Shown here in pieces: positions 13,401 to 23,229 of a stretch of 64,000 nucleotides of DNA. The position numbers were made by a program, and so were the translations under genes. The first letter of the stretch is position 1, and each line of letters begins with the position of its first letter. The notes beneath the pieces were generated by a model, which was given only the letters and a program-made list of their open reading frames with translations, made no database searches and was not told where the DNA came from. The DNA is from Amoebophrya sp. A120 (lineage: Eukaryota; Protista; Dinoflagellata), in the NCBI GenBank assembly GCA_905178155.1, contig CAJINV010000003.1, positions 10,673,890-10,737,889 on the forward strand, given 5' to 3'.

Positions 13401-16400
13401 AGGAGAGACAGAAGAACAAGGTCGGCACGCCAGCGTCGCGCGCCGGTTCTCTCGACCGCCGTGGTCGTCAGACGCCGGCCCCAGACGAAAAGACGCTGCT
13501 TCACTTTGTGGCGCCCACCAACGCCTCTGCACCGCCGCAATTGAGTGCCAACACGCTTCTCGGAAGCGGCCTCACCCTAGCGGACTTGGAGACACGGTAC
13601 CCCGGGGCGGTCCGTTGCAGCGGTTTCTTGCCGCTAGTCGATGCAGTAACTAACGGTTTTCGTGGTGAAAAACTCAGCGTCGCCAACTATCCTGATGCGT
13701 TCTCTTCCGGCCCTGGTGGGGGAATCTGCAGCGGCGAAGTGGACATCAAAGCGCGCCACGGGCGAGACGCGGTGAGGAGCAATAAAGAAATCGCAGAGGA
13801 CCACGTCGACAAAGGTGTGAAACTAAACAACTACAACACATCAGGCATGTGCTTGTCGACGACGACGCAGGTCATCGCAATAGGCAACGGAATCGTGCCA
13901 CTTCTCCGGATTGGCGGGGGTCGGCTAGATGAAGATGCCCCGACCTGCACCAGCGGCAGCGGCGGTGGTAGCAATAAACAAAAAAACATTTCCGGCAGAA
14001 CATGGAGTTGGGCAGCCGAAAACTTTTCCGAATATGCTCCTACCCTGCGGGGGCACGGCACGCACGCAAACGCCTCCGACACACACGGCCAAACTACAAA
14101 TAACACTCAACAAGCCGGAAGTAAGAACTCATACTGCTTCAGTGCTAACACAGCATCCAGCAGAATGCAACAGCAGAGACTGCGAGCACTTGCCCGACCC
14201 TCCCTTGAAGGACGACTACTGCGCGTTCAACTCGCGCGGGTGCGCGAGGCTAAGCCTCCGAAGAACCCTGGATGCCTTGCTAGCTGCTATCATTGTCTGT
14301 CGTTTTCGGGCGGGTGTTGCTGCTACGGACTGCAAAAGGGTTGCGCCTGCCTCCGCCGGTGGTTCTGCGATCCCATCGTGCTTCCCCTTTGGCTGCAGCC
14401 GGCTTTCATGTTGTTTCGTGTGCTTTTCTTATACCTTCGCGTGTTCTGGCACTGCGGAAAGCGTGAAGAAGTGACGACAAAGCCCAGCGCCCTTGGAGGG
14501 TTGTCACTCGGAGTGTTGAAAAACGAGACGAGATACCTTGACATTCAGCGATTTCGCAGTCGCAAACGCGAGGACGAGTCCGGTCTCACCGTCGTTTGGA
14601 ATGACTACATTCAGACTGGTCGTTTGCAGTTCTCACCGACAACAAGTCGTGGGTCAGCGGCTTCACCAGGCAGTCCAAAGAGGAGTGCGCGCGAAGTCCT
14701 AATGGAACGACATCGAGAAGGCGAGCACCTGCTCACGCAGGAGGAAGATGCTGGAAGCGGAGCAGCACTTGTCGTGGATAGCCTTGTCAACCCTGACGAT
14801 CAGGTTGATGATAACGCTCAGGAGCGGAAGAACGAAACCACGGGAGAACAAGAGCACGACTACACTTTCGATCTTTGCCACGATGTTGAAGCACCGGGCG
14901 GAAGCGTTGAGGTGGACCTTGTGAGGCATTGTGATCGTCCCCTGCAGCTTGTGAAAGAGAATACGAGCAGCAGCAAGGAGATCTCCCGATCAGCGGGTTG
15001 TGAATCTACTTCCGCTGGATACTTTCACTGTCCTGAAAGAAATAACGAAGATATGAGGGAGCATTCTGATGGAGTTGCAGTTGCCACGCCGGATGCAGCT
15101 GATCATTCCCAACGCAACATGAGCATGATCGTGGAGCACAGCGATCACCACCACGATCACCACGTCACCCAATGCGGCAAGAACAGTACATCAAAAAACA
15201 GTCCGTCAGTTGTAATTCCTAGTCTTTGGCCAGGCGATGCGCGTTCGGAGAACACGGTAGCGCAGCGCCCATCCCCGCAACAGAACCGTGCACAGGATAT
15301 TGGTGCTGGTAGGCACCGGCGGACTCAGTTTCTCCGAGAAGCCGCCACGGCCCGGTCGCGTGAACTATGTGCCCAGCATAACCTCTCCCCCGCAGAAGCA
15401 AAGTCGCGGGTGAAGCGAGAGTTGATGAGCACGATACTAGATTCCAGCCACTCCCCGCTTCTCTCGATAAACACCGAGCTGCTCGAGGAGCACCAGAAAC
15501 TACAAGGAAGTCGAGCCATAAGGAAACCGACGTTGCGAAGCGATGTAGAGCAGGAGCGCGGCCATCACGTTCGAATTGACGCTGCCAGCACGGACCTGCT
15601 ATCGAACAAGGGCGAGGGAGATGATTTCGAACGTGACGAGGAGAGTACCAGTACGACCACACCAGCGAGGTTTTTTCATTTTCCCAAAGTGCCCGAGAAG
15701 GCTCCGGAGCAGCTTGAGCTCGAAAAGATTTTGGCGGGTTACGGGCTTGACGGGACTACAAACCGGCCTCTAGAGCTCTTTCGCGGCGGTCGGAAGCCAC
15801 GCCGAGTGGTCGCAGGCTCGCTGGCCCGGGCGGTGGGGAATAAGAATCACCTACCTTATGGATCTGTCAGGTTCAAAGGAGACAAAGTGAAAGAAACAAC
15901 AAGTATGTATGAAATATTTCGTCACGACGCTGCATCAAGAAACCTACCAGTTTGACTTTGACACACAATCTCTAGGCGGCGCATGTTGACAAATCTTGGC
16001 ATCGCCGAAATGCAGTCTGTCGTCTGTGACGCTGTTTGGGAAAAGGAACCTGCTTCGTCCGTTATGATACTATACTTACTTGTCCAGTTCTATCCGATCT
16101 CTCTCTACTACCCCTAGACAGGGTCACAAACACAATCGGCTCCACTTGCCACCCCTACAAGACAGTCACTTAGTTCCTTGCGTTTTATGCATTACCGAGG
16201 ATGGTGGTGATTGGAGATGGCATCGGTGCGCCTGACTGCGCGACCTGGTGGCCTGACCATCTGCGGAAAGGCGGCCTTAGGGGTGGCGTTGTGGTTTCGG
16301 TCGGTTTATTGGCATTGCAGATTTTGTCAAACTCACACTTTGCCGATTTCAATCCTGACGCTTCCATATCTCTGTGGATACAGTTAGTGCTTTACTGAAC

Positions 16401-19400
16401 GCCTTCGACGATGGGCCGGGCGGAGTATGCATTGCAAATATGTCTTGGTCTGGAAGACGAAGATTGCAGCCTTCTTGTCATGCTGCCTTTGCCTCTGGAT
16501 TCGAAAAAAATTAAAATATGTCTTGCATGAGCAGTTGGGTAGGAGTCCAGTTTTTGCTGTGCAGAGAGGACATTTTTCATGCAGGGTAAGCATCAAAAAC
16601 CAAACGAAATCGAAAAGCCCTCAAAAAATCAGCGATGCTAGGACATGCAGCATCACAGACATCACGGGTCATGCAAAACGTGCGTGACAAACTAGCGCCC
16701 TTTTCCTTTTCTAGACCCAGACACATTTGTACTTGATACGGAGGGTTGCTGAACGAATTCGAGGCCGACGGACTGCGGCCCTTGGCTCTCCACGATCCAC
16801 CTACCGCAGCGAAGATCGACCTACAACTCGATGGCGCGCAACAAGACCAACGAGGAGATGCACTAAGATCAAGAAGATCCTCGGAGAGCACCAGAGGAAG
16901 TAATTGTAATAGAAACTGTCAAATGGAATTGGAAATGCCAAGCGAAAATGCCACAGCTGTGCAAAGCAGATACCAGCATCAAACGCTCCAAGAGCGAGCG
17001 GCCGATGTTTTCCGCTGGACACTTGCACTGGCGGAAAGAGCCAGAGGCCGCTCTGCAAACGAATGCAGCAGCGAAACAGGTATGAAGAATAATACGAACA
17101 ACGCTACGAAAAGGAATAGCGAGCTTGGTCCAGAGCAATTCGAGTCCTCAGTTGTGCTCACTGATGATCTGTGTGTGTACGTAAATGGGCGAGTAGTTCG
17201 CACTCGCTTTGACGCCCGGTATACCAAACAAGGCCAGTACTTTTTTGAAAACTCGCCCCCAGCAACTTCTGTGCAGAAAGACAATCATAATGGCCGCTTT
17301 GCTTCATCATCATCGTCATCCGCAACAACAAAGTCGAAAGGTGCTTCTACTGCAACTTCGTCGCTCATCAGTCATAAAAAACCGCACTTGCTAGACAGTG
17401 GCAAGACCCTCTCTGTCCTATTCACAACCACGCGGCTGACACTCTACCTCGACACTGTCCCACTACTTGTGTTTGGCTTCACGCACCGCGACAGGGACTA
17501 CCAGGATATCGTATCTGCGTCTGAGCCTCGATCAACGCGGCGGAAGCTAAGCACCGAAATTTGGCCTCTCGTGGGCATTGCAAAAAATCAACACGTTCAG
17601 GAAGTAATTCTCGTCATGTGCTCCTCCAATTCTCAAGCTTGGGAGGAGAGCACTTCGGTTTCGTCTCATTCTCAAGGAAGTCGACAAGCGAAGCTGCATG
17701 TCCTCCTCGAACAACACGGAAAGCTGAATGTGAATCAGAATCACGCTACAACGTCTGCAGCTACAACCAGTGATAGCGGCGCACAGAAACTGCAAGCAAA
17801 AGAAGAAAATCTAAACCCTCCCGTCCCGAAAGCAGAACACCTTCAAATCGAAGTGCCCACTTGCAGCGCCACCTACGCGGAAAGCGTTTGCTCTCCAGCA
17901 GATTTCTCTTTGATTCAAGAACGAGTGGTAGGTCGAAAGAACCCGCGCGTGCTTGCTGCATCTGCGAAGCGTAGAAGATCCCAAAACTTTCGAATCGAGG
18001 CGCAGATAGATGACGCGGATGACAGCACGCGACCGCCAGCAGGATATGACGACAGCATGATACTCGCCGACCGCCTGCTCCGGCGACCAACAAGCTACGA
18101 CCGAGAGCTCCACCGACTTGCTAGTTCGTGGATGATATTACTGAAAGCACATATATCTGGGTCTGGAAAGAACGCGCCAACTTGTGATGCCGAGTCTGGA
18201 GTGCACAAAAATGCAAATGTGTCTTTCATAGTGAGTAAAAAGTGTGCGCTTTTTGTCTCCCGAAAATGGCGCGCCTCATAGTAGACACAAGCGAGACAGC
18301 ACAAACACGGTCACGGAGAAGCCTGCTCCGAGGATCTTCTAATGCTCTGCGTCTATCTCCATTCCAGAAGCAGAACTTCTTGCAGGTGAAAAAATGAATG
18401 ACAGAGACAGATGTCAGCATTCGTCCAACACCAACAGACCCGGATATACTAGCCAGGGGGAAGGAATCTCTATCCCGAAGCGAAATCGAGAGCACTGGGA
18501 GGGGGGAAGCAGAACTAGAAGGAAAGGACGGGGGGGAAGGGTACGGGTGTGTCAGCTAGTCAGTTTCAGGTAGCCACTGGGGTCCTGGTTGTTTCGATGA
18601 GATTCGAGACGCGGCCGCTCTGCTCTTGGCCAAATTATATATTTGCGGAGCTCTTGCGGATAATTCTGGCTATGGAGCGGCATTTAACTTGGCAAGTCGC
18701 TGGCTGCCGATCTTATTTTTCCGCAGGTGTGGGCCGTTTTGTGGATCTTTGCTTGTGCGTTTATTTTGAGAACTATGCGCGTTTGAAGATCATGGCGCGC
18801 CTCATATTTTCCGCGGCGGGACTTTCTCGGAAGCTTGGCCGGAGCTTTTGCGTAGAAAGATCGGGAGGGCGTTCGCGCCGCCTCCTTCTCTATGTGCGAA
18901 CAGATTCCGGCGGCCATTTTCTCCCGTGTTTTCTTGTGTCTGTTGCGGGGCCTGTTTCTCTATCTGCGAACAGTTTGAAAACCACGCAGAAGCGACGAGG
19001 CAAACGGCGGAACACAACGAGGCGGGGAGGCCAGACCTTCGGGACAAGGAAGATAGAGACGGGAAAGAGTGGAAAGACGAAAAAGGCGGGAAAAACTGAA
19101 CAGACTGCGAGAACTGGGAGGGCTAGGGAAGCCTGTAAGAAAGACTGGGGCGGCTGAGGGGGCTGAGAAGCTCAAAAGGCGAATGAGGTTCGAAAGGTTG
19201 AGCAAACTGGAGAAGCCGGGAAGGCTGAAAACCTGGGAAGGCGGGGAAACGAAAGCGAGCAAGCCTGGAAGCGAAGGCGCTGACTTGCTGAGAGGCCTCG
19301 GCGTCGCTTTTGCCTAGAGCTGGAGGGCGTTCGCGCCGCCTCCCTCTCTATGTGCGAACAGATTCCGGAAGCTGTTCCGCGTTTCTCTTTGTTGCGGCGG

Positions 19401-21494
19401 CTGTTTTTCTGTCATAGAACTGCTAAGGCAACCGAGAGGCCAGCAGCTCCATGGAAAAGTCCGGCGGCCGCAGAGCCCAAAGGAGGCGCGGCGGGGCCCC
19501 GTTGCTGCAGCTTCGCAGCTTCAGCAGGCAGATTGGCTGGCGCGCCTGAAACAGCTGTGGCAGCTCGATAAGTAAGCGGAGCAGGCAGGAAAAGCCCGGG
19601 GTAGCTACAAAACCGGCTGTAGGTAGTTAAAGGACCGGCTTTAGTTAACAAGGCGGGTGGAGCTAACGAGCCGGGTTTAGCTAACAAGCCGGCTTTGGGT
19701 AAAAAACCGGCTTTAGCTAAAAAATCGGCTTCAGCTAAAAAACCGGCTTCCGCTAAAAAAGAAACCGGCCGCGGCTAACAAACCGGCTTCAGCTACAAAG
19801 CCGGCTTGGGCTTTAGCTAGAAAACCGGTCTTAGCTAAAAGAGCCGGGAACGAAGCTGGGAGGCCGACAGGCTGGGAGGTGGACAGGCTTGCTGGGAAGG
19901 TGGGGGGCTTGGGGGCTTGGAGGGCCAAAGGCTAAAAACGGAGAAGCGAAAACGAAAAAGCCAGGAGGCAGACAGGCTGGGAAGCGAGCAAGCTTGGAAG
20001 CGAAGGCGCTGACTTGCCGGGAGGCCTCGGCGTAGAATTTGCGTGCCTAGAGCGGGAGGGCGTTCGCGCCGCCTTTCTCTATGTGCGAACAGACTCGGGA
20101 AGCTGTTCCGCCTTTCTCTTTATTGCGGCGGCTGTTTTTCTGTCCTAGAACTGCTAGGGCAACCGAGAGGCCAGCAGCTCCATGGAAAAGCCCAGCGGCC
20201 GCAGAGCCCAAAGGAGGCGCGGCGGGGCCCCCGTGCTGCAGCTTCAGCAGCTAGACTGGCTGGCGCGCCTGAAACAACTGCGGCAGCTCTACAAAACCGG
20301 TTTTAGCTAAAGGAACGGCTCGAGCTAACAAGCCGGGTCTAGCTAACAAGCCGGGTTTAGCTAACAAGCCGGCTTCAGCTAAAAAATCGGCTTCAGCTAA
20401 AAAACCGGCTTCCGCTAAAGAAGAAACCGGCGTGCTCAGCTAAACGACCGGCGTCAGCTACAGTGTCGGCGTCAGCTACAGCGAAAAGAACCGGGAAGCC
20501 GGGAAGCCGGGAAACCGGGAAACCGGGAAACCGGGAAACCGGGAAACCGGGAAACCGGGAAACCGGGAAACCGGGAAACCGGGAAACCGGGAAACCGGGA
20601 AACCCTGGAGTGGTTTCGGGTAAGGGTATCGCTGGAGTGGTTTCGGGTAAGGGTACGCGGGGAGTAATAAAGTGCTTCACGATTTCAGTACTTTCGGGCA
20701 ATTTCTACCTTTCCCGGGTCTATATATATTTCCGATCGATAGATGAAGCTTGCCCTTGAAGAGCGCAGCACCGGTTTCCGGAAGGCGCCTTGCCCTAGTC
20801 TGTGGGAAGAGGAGCAGGCATTTCTCGCGGGGAAGATGCTCTCGTCGCTGAACAACCGGTACGGTGATTTTGGCGAGCTGGTTGACGTGGAGGGGGTTGC
20901 GTCCTCTACGAGGAAGACGCGCAGAAATATGGGAGTGCCGGGTCGAAAGTTCTCACAGTGGAAACGCTAATGCTTCGCCAGCATGCATGAAAATAAATAT
21001 AGTAAAATCGATACCAGTTGTAGTCTCACCCACCATTTGTGGTCTCATCCACTATGTGTAAGCGGCACACGAAAAGTTCTGCATCTTCTCACAACGTCTA
21101 GTATCAATTATGTACAACGCTGTTTGGCTTTGGTGCAAACTACATACCTGGCGCCCATGGCATGCTCTTTTGCAATCCTTACCATGGTTCTAGTCAGGGT
21201 TGCAGTCCGCCTTTTTCGCATTCCCGACACGGAGACAGCGACAGGCACTTTGTCGCCAGCATGTCGCGCTACGGTCCAAAATATTTCCACGATTTTGTGA
21301 ATTTCCAATCTGACAGCGCCATAAGGAAGTATCCCCCTATCCGGACCTCACACAGCTCACAGTCACAGAAGACGGGCGACGACCTGGAGATCGTGAAAGA
21401 GTTTCTTGCGGACGGCCGTGCGATCGACGCGCAGAGGAAGTTCTTGAGCCCCTCCGACGTGAAGAAACGCATGTCTATCAACCGGAAAAACTAG
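10451..21494 (+). CDS. ~2431-aa low-complexity protein with possible dispersed NHR/SPRY-like domain (exons 10451-15856, 16374-16425, 16744-18135, 20747-20969, 21272-21494)
   Basis: Four repeat-bounded introns join ORFs 9932, 16746, 20743 and 21162 in frame (7296 nt = 2432 codons): NHLP|VDTV, GPGG|GLLN, SSWM|KLAL, WKR|YGPK. Confidence 0.7.
15857..16368. mobile_element. 512-bp introner (family B)
   Basis: TATGGATCTGTCAGGTTCAAAGGAGACAAAGTG vs reverse complement of right end TATGGAAGCGTCAGGATTGAAATCGGCAAAGTG; DR TACCT/TCTCT. Confidence 0.8.
16426..16738. mobile_element. 313-bp introner (family A)
   Basis: Perfect DR CGGAG; 30-nt TIR, 23/30 identical. Confidence 0.9.
18136..20741. mobile_element. 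2606-bp introner containing nested repeats
   Basis: Perfect DR GATGA, TAT...ATA ends, weak ~33-nt TIR; removal joins ORF 16746 to ORF 20743 in frame. Confidence 0.8.
18860..20660. repeat. Compound repeat: three copies starting GAGGGCGTTCGCGCCGCCT (~18865, ~19323, ~20056; last two ~730 bp apart), CCGGCTT(C/T)AGCTAA arrays and a CCGGGAAA array at ~20490-20605
   Basis: Directly visible repeated units. Confidence 0.85.
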
Positions 21495-21642
21495 CTATCG
21501 CCGCATATTGAAATACAACAAAGAGAATGGGCAGAATCGGGGGCAGCATTTATTGCATTGCATAAGGAAAAGGAAAAGCTCATCAGCATGCTAGTGGCTC
21601 ACCCAAGGCCATGGCCGGTTTTCCTTTGTATGTAATCCATTT

Positions 21643-22353
21643 TTGCATGTCGTATGTGAACATGCGCTAGCTTCTTTCACGAGGATAATATACTGGCGGT
21701 ATAAGAACAGCATTCCAGTCAATTTTCGCCCACGCAAGATCGCAGGCTCACAAACAACCTCTGAGGTCATTTTGGAGGAAACCAGAGGACGGAGCCGACG
21801 GGTCTCTTTCGAGGAGCAGGAATTCACTGGAACAGTGGGCGACACGAAACTAGAAGACGTGCGGCACGAAGAGGAGGAGGATGCAGCAGTGGTCAGTGAT
21901 CGAGCTCCTGGTGCTCGTGGAGTCCTACTTGCATCTCCTCGCCAAGGACCTCCTTCCGTTCGCAACCGTCCCGACCTGGTTCGATTTCCTTCCCCCCCTT
22001 CAGCCAGCGAAAACTATAGAAGCAGCAATGTTGATGTTCTTCATTTTGATGAAGTCGGAAGCGTGTTTTCCGAAACCGATTCTGAGGAGGAGGAGGCACG
22101 CGCGCACTATGTTCGGAAATTTGTGCGGGCTTCTTTTCTCTGGCGGCATTCCTGGCGAATTCTCGTCAGCCTGATCCTGCTCACTGTCGCCGGCTGGAAT
22201 CTCGCAGCTTTGCCCCTGTTGCAAGATCGCAAATCGGACTACTGGAATCCGGACGATCATTTGTTCGTATTTTCGCCACTGTTTGGCTTCGTTGTGTTGC
22301 TTATTTTTTTCTTCTGGGTGCTACTTTGCTGGCCGAGATGCGCAGCAGACTGA
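21643..22353 (+). CDS. Small membrane protein with two C-terminal hydrophobic segments (start uncertain)
   Basis: 236-aa ORF with ILVSLILLTVAGWNLAALPLL and LFVFSPLFGFVVLLIFFFWVLL; same frame continues ~89 codons past the TGA. Confidence 0.55.
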   Translation: MHVVCEHALASFTRIIYWRYKNSIPVNFRPRKIAGSQTTSEVILEETRGRSRRVSFEEQEFTGTVGDTKLEDVRHEEEEDAAVVSDRAPGARGVLLASPRQGPPSVRNRPDLVRFPSPPSASENYRSSNVDVLHFDEVGSVFSETDSEEEEARAHYVRKFVRASFLWRHSWRILVSLILLTVAGWNLAALPLLQDRKSDYWNPDDHLFVFSPLFGFVVLLIFFFWVLLCWPRCAAD

Positions 22354-22609
22354 AGAGAGGAAGAAGTGGCTGTACGCGCGCGCCCGCACATGGTATTGCA
22401 ACATAAGGTACTGGACGACGTGTACTGGTACTATAAATTCATGTTGCAGGCCCTGCAGGAACAGAACTTAATACTACGAGCTGAAGCACCAGCACAAGCG
22501 CCAGCGCGCTATGACAAAGATATATTCTTGCAGCTTGGTTATGGTTGCTGTACGAGGGGAGTTCTCATTTGGATGTTGAAAATTGATTTTACGAGGGCCG
22601 ACTTTTGTT

Positions 22610-23229
22610 CTAGGGCAGGCTGAGCAATGGCCTGTACGGCAGACTGAACTTCACCACAGTAGAATAAACCGGAACTATCTCTATCACTATCATAGACATA
22701 GTAGGTTGTAGTTCGATGAGAAGCTACTTTGCGTTTTCGCTCTCGGTCGTAGTCGTCTCTTTATCTGCTCCTTTTTCATTGGCATGTATTGGAAGAACCG
22801 GAGTTGAGGTGACCTTGAATCATAATCCTTCGTCTCAGCAGAAGCACCTGGTGGCGCAGCTCGTCTTTTTGAACCTCGTCTGTGAGAATCGGATTCGTGG
22901 GATGAGTAATCGAGAAAGCCGAAGTTAGAAGTGGAAGACGATAGAGTGTGCGTGAGAAATCAGGAGAGCTGACTTCGATATATTTGTTGCACCTTCCTCC
23001 GCATTCAGAGCAGCGCGTTGATGTTTGCTTCGTTTCGATATTGAGATACTTCATGCAGTCGGTAGCTCCGAACAAGTTTTAGCCACCTCATCAAGGTATT
23101 GAGCAAGAGAAACTGCGTAAACGAAGACCATGAAGTCGTGGCTGCATCTGCTCCCAACGAGGAGCCTGCCGCTCACCCTTTTCACCGCTCAATCGGTCGC
23201 AAAAGTGGCCGGCCTTCTGCAGCGCGAGC
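22610..23229 (+). repeat. Segmental duplication copy 1 (upstream region + N-terminal coding of GT29 gene)
   Basis: Colinear with 27210-27969, e.g. GCAGCTCGTCTTTTTGAACCTCGTCTGTGAGAATCGGATTCGTGGGA in both, through MK(S/L)WLHLLPT...TLFTAQSVA...LLQRE. Confidence 0.9.

Noticed and set aside
16201-16398. 65-aa ORF as first exon of a separate gene
   Set aside because: Lies almost wholly within the 15857-16368 introner and is out of frame with the downstream exon.
18549-20759. ORFs with repeated peptides (PGFPVSRF, GKPGNRET)
   Set aside because: Translations of an 8-bp DNA repeat and other arrays inside an intron; the period is not a multiple of 3.
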